NCBI RefSeq assembly: GCF_000341895.1
Contig: NC_020409.1
Location: 420,001-452,000 of the forward strand
DNA length: 32,000 nucleotides
Reading direction: 5' to 3'
DNA from: Pseudodesulfovibrio piezophilus C1TLV30
Lineage (GTDB): Bacteria > Desulfobacterota > Desulfovibrionia > Desulfovibrionales > Desulfovibrionaceae
Of the stretch, positions 1-8,031 are shown piece by piece. Within the stretch, counting starts at the first letter, position 1. Every line of letters starts with the position of its first letter. The notes beneath the pieces are model-generated. The model saw nothing but the letters and a program-made list of their open reading frames with translations. It made no database searches and had not been told where the DNA came from. Both the position numbers and the translations under genes were made by a program.

Positions 1-1643
1 ACAATTATGACTGGGAAAGTTGGATTGATACTGACGGCAGTCCAATTTATGTCTCTCCGGCTTGTGAACGCATTAGCGGTTACCCACCGGATAAATTCCT
101 GGAAAATCCTGATTTTGTTGAGCGTATTATACACAGAGATGATTTGCTTGCCTGGCATAACTATATGTCAGACAAAACATCCGGAGAAGAGCAGGCGATA
201 GATTTTCGCATTAATCATAGAGATGCTCGCGTGCGCTGGGTGAGTCTTATTAAGCATACCATTGAAAATGAAAACGGTGCTCCTTTAGGAATACGGACAA
301 ATATACGCGACGTGACCAGCCGCAAACAAATGGAGCAACAACTCAAGCATAGCTCTCTTCATGATCCATTGACAGGGTTACCCAACAGGGCACTGTTTCT
401 TGATCGGGTAAATAGGGCTCTTGACAGAGCTGTTGGTCAGGAAAAGGTCTTTGGGTTGCTTTTTATCAATCTTGATCGGTTTCAGGCCATCAATGATCAT
501 TACGGGCATTCCGTAGGTGATAAGGTCCTGGTCAACGTTAGTGTGAGGTTGAGGGAACGCATCCGACCTACTGATACGCTGGCCCGTTTTGGCGGGGATG
601 AGTTTGTGATTCTTTTTGAACAAATTGATCGTAAAGATGATGCGCGAAGCCTGGTGAAAGATATCAAAGAGTGTTTTAGTCAACCATTTGTTATTGATGG
701 TATTGACTTTCCTATTACTGCCAGTTTCGGTTTTGAAGCAGCTCGTAGTAGTCTCCTCAACAAAGATGAACTTGTTCATAATGCTCAGTTGGCAATGTAC
801 AAGGCGAAAGAGAAGGGGAAAAATCGCTATGCAGAATACTCTCCTAAAATGCGTGAGGGAATTGTTAATGTCATCGCTGTGGAAAGTGATCTGAAAAGAG
901 CTTTAAAGGAAAAGGAATTCGAGGCTTTCTTTCAACCTATAGTGAATTTGGCAGACGGTTCACTTTATGGATTCGAAGCTCTGGCCCGTTGGGTCCATCC
1001 TGAACGTGGTTTGGTTAATCCAGGAGAGTTTATTCCGGTAGCTGAAGAAACGGGCCTTATTGTCGAATTGGGGAGGCAAATTCTTGAGGATGCATGTTCA
1101 ACACTCAGTCATTGGAGATCGACACATCAAGGAGCGGAAAGCCTCACTATGGCGGTTAATATCTCCGCAAAACAGTTTGCCGAGGCAACGCTTGTTGCCG
1201 AAGTGGAGTCGATACTTGATCGATCGGGGTTGCCTCCAGGGAACCTGAAGTTGGAGATCACTGAAACCGTTGTCATGGGGGATGCCATGGAATCAACCAA
1301 TCGGTTGAATCTCTTGAAATCCCTTGGGCTGATGCTTTCTATTGATGATTTTGGGACAGGGTATTCCTCTATGAGCTATTTGCAAAAATTCCCCATGGAT
1401 CAACTGAAAATTGATCTAAGTTTTGTACGAAGAATGGAGAAGTCACCAGAGAATATTGAAATTATTAGGGCTATTGTCAATATGGCTCATAGTCTCAGAT
1501 TAAGAGTTGTTGCTGAGGGAATAGAAACAGAACGGCAACGTGATTTGCTTTATTCCTTGCAATGCGATTATGGACAAGGCTATCTCTATGCCAAGCCGCT
1601 TCCAAGGGCGGAAGCGGAATTGTTGCTGGAAAAGTTGAAATAG
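1..1643 (+). CDS. PAS-GGDEF-EAL signalling protein (c-di-GMP turnover), 5' end outside the window
   Basis: Frame 3 is open from nt 3 (NYDWESWIDTDGSPIYVSPACERISGYPPDKF..., PAS-like), so the TTG listed at 144 is internal. GGDEF motif is intact (RFGGDEFVILF). EAL-domain motifs are intact (FEALARW, DDFGTGYSS, EGIE, QGY). Confidence 0.9.
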   Translation, partial: NYDWESWIDTDGSPIYVSPACERISGYPPDKFLENPDFVERIIHRDDLLAWHNYMSDKTSGEEQAIDFRINHRDARVRWVSLIKHTIENENGAPLGIRTNIRDVTSRKQMEQQLKHSSLHDPLTGLPNRALFLDRVNRALDRAVGQEKVFGLLFINLDRFQAINDHYGHSVGDKVLVNVSVRLRERIRPTDTLARFGGDEFVILFEQIDRKDDARSLVKDIKECFSQPFVIDGIDFPITASFGFEAARSSLLNKDELVHNAQLAMYKAKEKGKNRYAEYSPKMREGIVNVIAVESDLKRALKEKEFEAFFQPIVNLADGSLYGFEALARWVHPERGLVNPGEFIPVAEETGLIVELGRQILEDACSTLSHWRSTHQGAESLTMAVNISAKQFAEATLVAEVESILDRSGLPPGNLKLEITETVVMGDAMESTNRLNLLKSLGLMLSIDDFGTGYSSMSYLQKFPMDQLKIDLSFVRRMEKSPENIEIIRAIVNMAHSLRLRVVAEGIETERQRDLLYSLQCDYGQGYLYAKPLPRAEAELLLEKLK

Positions 1644-1684
1644 CAGCGAACTGTCGAATCGTTGAAGTAAGGGAGCCCAATATA

Positions 1685-1867
1685 ATGAACTTGAGCGCAC
1701 CGCAGTTGATCACCTGGATCATCGGCGTCATCGTTGGCCTACTTGGTATTCTTATTCAATTGGATGTGATGTCAGTCCCGGCCTTGGAAGATCTTGTAAG
1801 ACCTTTCTGGCTTGTCTCTACGGGATTTGTGATTCTGGCTATTTCGAATTTATTTCGAAGACTTTGA
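1685..1867 (+). CDS. small membrane protein (60 aa, two hydrophobic helices)
   Basis: ATG at 1685 is preceded by AAGGGAG (1670-1676). The product MNLSAPQLITWIIGVIVGLLGILIQL...FWLVSTGFVILAISNLF is strongly hydrophobic. The longer ORF from 1562 overlaps the upstream gene and was not used. Confidence 0.5.
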   Translation: MNLSAPQLITWIIGVIVGLLGILIQLDVMSVPALEDLVRPFWLVSTGFVILAISNLFRRL

Positions 1868-1890
1868 TCTTTTTTTTTAGAGTGTTTCGT

Positions 1891-1921
1891 AGGGGCCTAT
1901 CGATTTATTCGATAGGCCCCT
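1891..1921 (+). terminator. perfect 13-bp stem-loop after the small membrane ORF (weak U-tract)
   Basis: AGGGGCCTATCGA-TTTAT-TCGATAGGCCCCT, followed by TTGTCGTTATT, which is only a partial T-run. Confidence 0.45.
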
Positions 1922-1948
1922 TGTCGTTATTCAGAATTGTGTGATAAT
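1921..1948 (+). promoter_or_regulatory. candidate sigma-70 promoter with extended -10 for hsp20-lon
   Basis: TTGTCG (1921-1926), 16-nt spacer, TGT-GATAAT (-10 at 1943-1948). It lies about 77 nt upstream of the hsp20 ATG. Confidence 0.3.
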
Positions 1949-2024
1949 TTATTGCCTATTGATAGGAAGGATTCAGTACTCAATCGCTCGTCAGGGCGGC
2001 ACAGACTTAGGAGGTTTTGCTTCC

Positions 2025-2441
2025 ATGGCCAACTTGAAATGGTGGAGTCATAATGAAATTAGCCGTATGCGACAGGATATGGATAAAATGTTCGATGAAC
2101 TCTGCACTGATTTTGATCTTCCAGTTCAGTTTTGTCGAATTTCGGGTGATCTTGAATTTTTCGAAGAAGAGAAAACCCTTGTCGTTCGGTTAGAGCTTGG
2201 AACCATAAACCCTGACGATGTCGATGTTTCGGTGCTTGATCGTCGATTGATCATCTCAACGAAAATGATTGAACGCAGTCTTGGTATAACACAATCGGAA
2301 ACATTAAAAAAAGAAATCAAGTTACCCTGTGTCATTCAGCCTGAAAAAGTTCAAGCATCGTATTCACAGGGGGTGCTTGAAGTTCGACTGCCCAAATGCC
2401 CTGATCAAAGTGGGCAACATGTTACCATTACAAAGAAATAA
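2025..2441 (+). CDS. Hsp20/alpha-crystallin family small heat-shock protein (138 aa)
   Basis: ATG at 2025 follows AGGAGG (2009-2014). The C-terminal alpha-crystallin signature GVLEVRLPK is present. The longer ORF from 1941 has no RBS. Confidence 0.85.
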   Translation: MANLKWWSHNEISRMRQDMDKMFDELCTDFDLPVQFCRISGDLEFFEEEKTLVVRLELGTINPDDVDVSVLDRRLIISTKMIERSLGITQSETLKKEIKLPCVIQPEKVQASYSQGVLEVRLPKCPDQSGQHVTITKK

Positions 2442-2458
2442 GACAGGGGGATGAATCA

Positions 2459-4915
2459 ATGCCAAAGAGAATACATGCAGAAGTTCCTATTGAGAAACTC
2501 AAGTGGACCCTTGATCCCAAAATCCTAAAAATTGCAACAACTGATGATCTTGAACCACAAACCGAGATTATTGGGCAAAAAAGGGGTGTGGAAGCATTTC
2601 GCTTTGGTATGGGAATGCATAAAAAAGGATATAATATTTTTGTGACAGGGCAGCCCGGGATAGGCCGATTGTCTTCCGTGAAAAAGCTCCTTGACGAAAT
2701 GACAGACAAAAACAGAACGCCAGATGATATCTGTTATGTTAATAATTTTAAATCACCAGAGGCCCCTATTCAACTGCGTTTTGAAGCTGGAGAGGGAGGA
2801 CATTTCAAAAAGGATATGCAGGATTTTCTGGATACCGTGAAGAGAGAAGCTCCACAGCTTTTCGAAAGTGAAGAATATATAGCACGCAAAAATCAAATTG
2901 CTGAAGCTCATGAAAAAAAAGTTATGAGTTTTTATAAGGCCATCGAAGACCAAGTTAAGGATACTGGGCTGGTTGTTGTAAGGATGCAGATGGGGCCAAT
3001 ACAACGGCCTGATGTGGTTCCTTTGGTTGATGGGGAACCCAAGCGAATGATTGAATTGGAAGAGATGGTCGAGAATGGTCGGTTTCCTAAAGATGAGTTT
3101 GTGCGTCTTCAACAAAAAAGATTGGAGTTGAAGGAAGAAATTGATTCGATTGTGCAAGAATTGAAATTGATTCAAAAGGATGTAGGGAAAAAGCACGAAG
3201 AGGTTGATCGATTAATGTTCACCGCACTGGCTCAGGATTTTCTTCAACCTCTTAAAGCAAAATATTCGGATAAGAAGACGTTAACTTATCTGGACTCTGT
3301 TCTTGAACATATGGCCGATGACCTTGAGAGTATCAAAGCTTTGGGGTCGACAGGACAACAAGGTCCTCTTCCGGGAATGATGTTTGCGGGGCCTTCGGCT
3401 GAAATGGTATTTCAACCATACCAAGTGAATTTATTGGTTGACAATTCAGAATTAGTAGGACCTCCGATCATTGTTGAATCATATCCAACATACAGAAATC
3501 TTTTTGGAAGTATAGAGCGGGTACAAGATAGAACAGGGGGATGGCATACTGATTATACAAAGATTAAAGCAGGATCTTTTGTCAAGGCCAACGGTGGCTA
3601 TCTCGTAATCAATTTAATGGATGCCATATATGAACCAGGGGTTTGGCAAACTCTCAAACGCTCTCTTAAAACCGAGCAAATCGAGATTGAGACATTTGAT
3701 CCTTACTATTTTATAAGTGCTACAGGGTTAAAGCCGGAGCCTATTGATATGGAGGTTAAGGTTGTCGTCCTTGGCAGTCCTTATTTATACATGATGTTAA
3801 AATATTATGATGAAGATGTTCCGAAAATTTTTAAGATACGGGCAGATTATGAATCAAGTATGAACATCTCGGATGATTCGGTGTTGCAAATCGCTCGATT
3901 TATTCGGTCTGAAGTTGATAAATGCGGATTGAAGCCTTTTGACGCCAGTGCCCTTGGTGCTGTTATGGAAGAAGCGGTGAGATGGGCAGGTCGGCAGGAA
4001 AAAATTTCTACGGCATTCCCCAGTATGGCGGATCTTTTGAGTGAATCCAATTATTACGCCATGAAAGATGAAGTGGAGCAGGTCAATGCTTCTCATGTCA
4101 AAGAGGCTATACGTGGCAAGATTTATCGTTCTAACCAAGTTGAAGAACGGCTTCAGGAGATGATCGACAGAGGGAGTCTTCTGGTTGAGACGAAGGGAGC
4201 TGTCGTTGGTCAGGTCAATGGATTGGCTGTGTATTCCATGGGCGATTATGCATTTGGAAGACCATCACGAATTACTGCTGTCACGTCTTTGGGGAAGGAG
4301 GGGATCATCAACATCGAACGTGAAGCTGAAATGTCAGGTCCAACACATAATAAAGGAATGTTGATTCTTGCCGGTTTTTTAAGAAGTCGTTTCGCTCAGG
4401 ACAAACCTCTTTCTCTTGCTGCGAGTATTGCTTTTGAGCAGTCATACGGAGGAATTGATGGGGATTCCGCCTCTTCTACGGAGCTTTACGCAATTCTATC
4501 CAGTTTGTCGGAGACACCTCTCAAACAAAATATAGCCGTAACTGGGTCTGTCAATCAATATGGTGAAATACAACCAATTGGTGGCGTTAACGAGAAGATA
4601 GAAGGCTTCTATCTCTGCTGCAAGAGTGCTGGCCTCACGGGTGATCAAGGGGTCATGATTCCACACCCCAATATTAAGGATCTCATGGTACGAGATGAAG
4701 TAATAGATGCTGTTAAAGCCGGTGATTTCCACATTTGGGCAGTGAAGACAGTTGATGAGGGGGTCGAACTCTTGACTGGTGTTCCTGCTGGAGTAAAAGG
4801 CAAAAATGGAGATTATCCTAAGAAAAGTATCAATGGTATGGTCAATGCCAAATTGAAAAAGCTCGGTGAGATGCTTATGGCATTGACGAAAGAAGATGAT
4901 GGTGAAACGAAGTAG
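2459..4915 (+). CDS. Lon-family (LonB/LonC-like) protease, 818 aa, with degenerate P-loop
   Basis: The C-terminal Lon proteolytic domain has the Ser motif GGIDGDSASSTELYAILS (Ser codon 4466-4468) and the Lys motif GGVNEKIEGF. The N-terminal AAA-like region has GQPGIGRLS at the Walker A position (2648-2674). It starts 17 nt after hsp20, with an AGGGGGA RBS. Confidence 0.85.
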   Translation: MPKRIHAEVPIEKLKWTLDPKILKIATTDDLEPQTEIIGQKRGVEAFRFGMGMHKKGYNIFVTGQPGIGRLSSVKKLLDEMTDKNRTPDDICYVNNFKSPEAPIQLRFEAGEGGHFKKDMQDFLDTVKREAPQLFESEEYIARKNQIAEAHEKKVMSFYKAIEDQVKDTGLVVVRMQMGPIQRPDVVPLVDGEPKRMIELEEMVENGRFPKDEFVRLQQKRLELKEEIDSIVQELKLIQKDVGKKHEEVDRLMFTALAQDFLQPLKAKYSDKKTLTYLDSVLEHMADDLESIKALGSTGQQGPLPGMMFAGPSAEMVFQPYQVNLLVDNSELVGPPIIVESYPTYRNLFGSIERVQDRTGGWHTDYTKIKAGSFVKANGGYLVINLMDAIYEPGVWQTLKRSLKTEQIEIETFDPYYFISATGLKPEPIDMEVKVVVLGSPYLYMMLKYYDEDVPKIFKIRADYESSMNISDDSVLQIARFIRSEVDKCGLKPFDASALGAVMEEAVRWAGRQEKISTAFPSMADLLSESNYYAMKDEVEQVNASHVKEAIRGKIYRSNQVEERLQEMIDRGSLLVETKGAVVGQVNGLAVYSMGDYAFGRPSRITAVTSLGKEGIINIEREAEMSGPTHNKGMLILAGFLRSRFAQDKPLSLAASIAFEQSYGGIDGDSASSTELYAILSSLSETPLKQNIAVTGSVNQYGEIQPIGGVNEKIEGFYLCCKSAGLTGDQGVMIPHPNIKDLMVRDEVIDAVKAGDFHIWAVKTVDEGVELLTGVPAGVKGKNGDYPKKSINGMVNAKLKKLGEMLMALTKEDDGETK

Positions 4916-5023
4916 GGGAGTTCGTAAAGTTGATTTGCTCAGTGAATTGACAAGCTGTAGTATGCAATGAAATGATTCTATCTTTCATGTTTTATACAGT
5001 CTTTCCTATTTGTGAGGTCTTGA

Positions 5024-5191
5024 ATGGATTTATTGAAACTTAATATTTGGCGTAAAATTATTATTATTGCTTATATTGTAAGTCTATTAGCGATGTTTCT
5101 TATTGATTGGGGATACCATTTCAATATCGGTCATGTGATTCGACTCGGAGTGGGGGCTCTTGTCTTCTGGGTTGTTGTGGATCGAGTTTAG
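5024..5191 (+). CDS. possible small hydrophobic protein (55 aa), not in the ORF track because it is under 60 aa
   Basis: ATG at 5024 is preceded by GTGAGG. The product is MDLLKLNIWRKIIIIAYIVSLLAMFLIDWGYHFNIGHVIRLGVGALVFWVVVDRV. There is no homology evidence. Confidence 0.3.
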   Translation: MDLLKLNIWRKIIIIAYIVSLLAMFLIDWGYHFNIGHVIRLGVGALVFWVVVDRV

Positions 5192-5265
5192 TCTTGAGAG
5201 TGTCTATATTCATAAAACTTGTCTAAAATTTTTTTCAGAAAAAAAATAATTCATTTCTTATTTGC

Positions 5266-5295
5266 TTGACGGAAACTTATTCATTTGTTTAAAAA
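5266..5295 (+). promoter_or_regulatory. candidate sigma-70 promoter of the ilvBN leader
   Basis: TTGACG (5266-5271), 17-18 nt spacer, TTAAAA/TAAAAA (5289-5295). It lies about 30 nt upstream of the leader ATG. Confidence 0.3.
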
Positions 5296-5325
5296 ACTAT
5301 AAACAATTCACAAAGGTGATTTCAT

Positions 5326-5430
5326 ATGTCTGTTTTTGACACCAGAACTATTCTTAATGTGCTTCTATCTGTAAGCACAGTCGTCGTCGTAGACGTAGTA
5401 GTAGGTGATGTCATAAAGGACGCACTTTAG
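5326..5430 (+). CDS. Val-rich leader peptide of ilvBN (34 aa)
   Basis: AAGGTG RBS (5313-5318) precedes ATG 5326. The product is MSVFDTRTILNVLLSVSTVVVVDVVVGDVIKDAL: 11 Val overall, and 8 Val in 11 consecutive codons (5380-5412). An intrinsic terminator and then ilvB follow directly. Confidence 0.7.
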   Translation: MSVFDTRTILNVLLSVSTVVVVDVVVGDVIKDAL

Positions 5431-5462
5431 TGGGATTGTAGAATAAAATCAGGATGTTTCTT

Positions 5463-5499
5463 AACCCCCGTCGGTGCAACCGGCGGGGGTTTTGTTTTG
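5463..5499 (+). terminator. attenuator terminator between the leader peptide and ilvB
   Basis: 12-bp stem AACCCCCGTCGG / CCGGCGGGGGTT (one G:U pair), loop TGCAA, then TTTTGTTTT. It lies 32 nt after the leader stop and 39 nt before the ilvB ATG. Confidence 0.75.
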
Positions 5500-5537
5500 C
5501 ACTCGCCGGAGACAGATGGGACCTCAGGAGGTTCGAC

Positions 5538-7214
5538 ATGCAAATGAGTGGCGCTGAAATCATCATCAAACTTTTGGAACGTCAGGGTGTCAAAGTTATC
5601 GCAGGGATTCCTGGTGGAGCAAATCTGCCAATGTATGATGCTCTGAGTAGGAGTAAAAATATTCGCCATGTGCTTGCCCGGCACGAGCAAGGAGCAGGGT
5701 TCATTGCTCAGGGGATCGCTCGGGTGACCGGTGAGCCTGCTGTTTTTTTTGCGACATCAGGACCGGGGGCGACAAATACGTTGACAGCCATCGCTGATGC
5801 CAAACTTGATTCTATTCCTGTTATTTGCATTACAGGTCAAGTTCCTCTTTCCATGATTGGTACCGACGCTTTTCAAGAAGTTGATACCTATGGACTGAGT
5901 GTTCCTATTACAAAGCATAACTTTCTTGTTCGTTCTCCAGAGGACCTTTTTGACGTCATTCCTGATGCCTTTCGTATAGCATCTTCCGGAAGGCCTGGGC
6001 CTGTTGTTATTGATATCCCCAAAGATATTCAATCCGCAATCATGGAATTTGATGAATGGCCTTTGCCCGGAAAGAAAGACAGTGAACCGGAATTGATTTT
6101 GGCAGAAGTTGAGCGTGCCGCCATGATGATAAATAAGTCCATAAAACCAATTTTATATCTTGGTGGAGGTGTTATCCAGTCCGAAGCGTCAGATGCAGCT
6201 CTTTTCTTGGCAGAAAAGGGGAATATTCCATCAGCGTTAACATTAATGGGGTTGGGGCTCATCCCGGATGATCATCAATTAAATTTGGGTATGCTTGGCA
6301 TGCATGCAGCGCGATATACAAATTTGGCTCTTGAGGAGTGTGATTTGCTAATCGCTGTTGGTGTTCGTTTTGATGATCGTGCAACAGGACGCGTGCCTTC
6401 ATTTTGCCCACAGGCAAAGATAATTCACATTGATATAGATCCGAGTGAATTGGACAAAATAAAAAATGCTCACGCAACAGTTACTGGTGATGTTGGGAGT
6501 GTTTTAAAAGCACTTGCCCCTCTTGTTGTGAAGAAGGATAGAGAGCAATGGCTGCTTCAGGTAAAGAGTCTGAAAGAAGAGAATCCTATGATTATTCCGG
6601 ATTCCGAAAATCCGAGTTCTCCCTATGGTGTCATTATTAAAGCTGCAGAATTAGCAGGAGAAAAGGCTATCGTTTGTACCGATGTTGGGCAACACCAGAT
6701 GAGGACAGCTCAAGCATATCCTTTCAAATACCCAAGGCAGTGGTTGACTTCTGGAGGGTTGGGAACAATGGGCTTTGGACTCCCTGCCGCCATTGGAGCC
6801 TCCTTGGCTGAACCAGAAAAGTTGATTCTTTGTTTTAGTGGAGATGGGTCCATCATGATGAATATTCAAGATCTTGCGACAGCCATGGAACAAGGGGTGA
6901 ATGTTAAGATTATCCTGACTAATAATAATGCTCTCGGACTTGTGCGGCAACAGCAGGATCTATTTTATGGTAAACGCTATTATGCATCTGATTATACTCA
7001 GAAAGTTGATTTTATTCAGATAGCAAAGGGGTTTGGCGTTGCGACTTATGATTTCTCCACAACAGACGATCCTATTGCTCTATTGATTGAAGCATTTTCA
7101 AAGACAGGACCTGCATTGATACATGTCCCGGTGAGCCCGGATGCTCCTGTTTATCCAATGGTTCCTCCAGGAGCAGCAAATTCGGAAATGATAGGAGGGT
7201 ATAGTAATGACTAG
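5538..7214 (+). CDS. ilvB: acetolactate synthase (AHAS) large catalytic subunit, ThDP/FAD enzyme
   Basis: ATG at 5538 follows AGGAGG (5525-5530). The N-terminus MSGAEIIIKLLERQGVKVIAGIPGGANLP and the ThDP motif GLGTMGFGLPAAIGA...GDGSIMMNIQDLAT are typical. The ORF-track start at 5454 would read through the attenuator hairpin and was rejected. Confidence 0.93.
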   Translation: MQMSGAEIIIKLLERQGVKVIAGIPGGANLPMYDALSRSKNIRHVLARHEQGAGFIAQGIARVTGEPAVFFATSGPGATNTLTAIADAKLDSIPVICITGQVPLSMIGTDAFQEVDTYGLSVPITKHNFLVRSPEDLFDVIPDAFRIASSGRPGPVVIDIPKDIQSAIMEFDEWPLPGKKDSEPELILAEVERAAMMINKSIKPILYLGGGVIQSEASDAALFLAEKGNIPSALTLMGLGLIPDDHQLNLGMLGMHAARYTNLALEECDLLIAVGVRFDDRATGRVPSFCPQAKIIHIDIDPSELDKIKNAHATVTGDVGSVLKALAPLVVKKDREQWLLQVKSLKEENPMIIPDSENPSSPYGVIIKAAELAGEKAIVCTDVGQHQMRTAQAYPFKYPRQWLTSGGLGTMGFGLPAAIGASLAEPEKLILCFSGDGSIMMNIQDLATAMEQGVNVKIILTNNNALGLVRQQQDLFYGKRYYASDYTQKVDFIQIAKGFGVATYDFSTTDDPIALLIEAFSKTGPALIHVPVSPDAPVYPMVPPGAANSEMIGGYSND

Positions 7215-7485
7215 ACAAACGGTACTTGAGTTGACAGTGAGTAATCATCCGGGTGTCATGTCCCATATTTGTGGGTTGTTCGCCAGAAGAGCATATAATG
7301 TAGAAGGCATTGCCTGTATGCCTGTGAATGGGGGGAAAAGAAGTAAAATCTGGTTACTCGTGAATATTGAACCTCGGCTGGATCAGATGGTCAAACAAGT
7401 CGTGAAGTTAGAAGATGTGCTTGTTTTGGAACGTCGGGATAAAGGGCACGCAATCTTTGATACCATGAATGAATTTGTTCAATAA
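7207..7485 (+). CDS. ilvN: acetolactate synthase small regulatory subunit, short ACT-only IlvN type (92 aa)
   Basis: There is an 8-nt overlap with ilvB (ATGACTAG). LELTVSNHPGVMSHICGLFARRAYNVEGI...IWLLV...KLEDV closely follows E. coli IlvN as I remember it. Confidence 0.9.
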   Translation: MTRQTVLELTVSNHPGVMSHICGLFARRAYNVEGIACMPVNGGKRSKIWLLVNIEPRLDQMVKQVVKLEDVLVLERRDKGHAIFDTMNEFVQ

Positions 7486-7546
7486 ATTCAGGTCGAGGTC
7501 CAATCGACAATGGTCTATGTAAAAAAAACGGCCAATTTTATTAAAT

Positions 7547-7579
7547 AAAAAAAGACCAGTCAGTAGTTGACTGGTCTTT
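7547..7579 (-). terminator. intrinsic terminator after tRNA-Thr copy 1 (may also serve ilvN from the other side)
   Basis: AGACCAGTCA-GTAGT-TGACTGGTCT. On the minus strand it is followed by a run of 7 U. On the plus strand only CTTT follows. Confidence 0.7.
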
Positions 7580-7587
7580 GAGTATTC

Positions 7588-7663
7588 TGGAGCTGACGAG
7601 CAGGATTGAACTGCCTACCTCATCCTTACCAAGGATGCGCTCTACCGATTGAGCTACGTCAGC
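7588..7663 (-). tRNA. tRNA-Thr (anticodon GGU), CCA encoded
   Basis: The reverse complement GCTGACG-TA-GCTC..GAGC-G-CATCC-TTGGTAA-GGATG-AGGTA-GGCAG-TTCAATC-CTGCT-CGTCAGC-T-CCA folds as a 76-nt cloverleaf. It resembles E. coli tRNA-Thr(GGU). Confidence 0.93.
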
Positions 7664-7765
7664 AAATTAACAGGAGATTATGATAAAATTTACTCTAACT
7701 CTTACAGAGTAAGCTTGCTACGTTAATCGTGGGAAGAAATCAACAACAAAAATAAGTGTGGCACG

Positions 7766-7796
7766 AAAAAACGCCGCTCAATGAGACGGCGTTTTA
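7766..7796 (-). terminator. intrinsic terminator after tRNA-Thr copy 2
   Basis: The minus strand reads AAAACGCCG-TCTCATTGAG-CGGCGTTTTTT, a GC stem followed by a run of 6 U. Confidence 0.7.
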
Positions 7797-7801
7797 ATAT
7801 C

Positions 7802-7877
7802 TGGAGCTGACGAGCAGGATTGAACTGCCTACCTCGTCCTTACCAAGGACGCGCTCTACCGATTGAGCTACGTCAGC
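7802..7877 (-). tRNA. tRNA-Thr (anticodon GGU), second copy, CCA encoded
   Basis: 74/76 nt are identical to copy 1. The two differences convert anticodon-stem pair A:U to G:C (CGTCC/GGACG). Confidence 0.93.
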
Positions 7878-7892
7878 TTCTTTGCTGTGTTT

Positions 7893-7940
7893 CAATGAAA
7901 CGCTGGACTGACTCAGTCAGTCCAGCGGGGTATTTCATTG
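7893..7940 (-). other. long stem-loop in the tRNA-Pro/tRNA-Thr spacer
   Basis: There is a perfect 12-bp palindrome, CGCTGGACTGAC-TCA-GTCAGTCCAGCG (7901-7927). It is extended by CAATGAAA/TTTCATTG (7893-7900 and 7933-7940). There is no clean U-tract, so it may be a processing or pause element rather than a terminator. Confidence 0.5.
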
Positions 7941-7941
7941 T

Positions 7942-8018
7942 TGGTCGGGATGAAAGGATTTGAACCTTCGACCCCTTGAACCCCATTCAAGTGCGCTCCC
8001 AAGCTGCGCTACATCCCG
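7942..8018 (-). tRNA. tRNA-Pro (anticodon GGG), CCA encoded
   Basis: The reverse complement CGGGATG-TA-GCGC-AGCTTGGGA-GCGC-A-CTTGA-ATGGGGT-TCAAG-GGGTC-GAAGG-TTCAAAT-CCTTT-CATCCCG-A-CCA is 77 nt long. Confidence 0.92.
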
Positions 8019-8031
8019 ACGTCGAGGGGAG

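Noticed and set aside
378-779. 133-aa antisense ORF inside the GGDEF domain gene, plus similar shadow ORFs (for example 2753-3196, 8332-8673, 22314-22718, 25896-26330)
   Set aside because: Each lies wholly within a well-supported gene on the opposite strand. They have no RBS and low-complexity or odd composition, which is typical of shadow frames.
1995-2015. GGCAC-containing sequence as a sigma-54 promoter for hsp20
   Set aside because: There is no GC element at the required 10-nt spacing, and it lies too close to the start codon, overlapping the RBS.
5454-5537. ORF-track start of ilvB at 5454 (28 extra N-terminal residues)
   Set aside because: The extension would be translated through the attenuator hairpin and T-tract, and it has no RBS. 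ATG 5538 has AGGAGG at ideal spacing and gives a canonical AHAS N-terminus.
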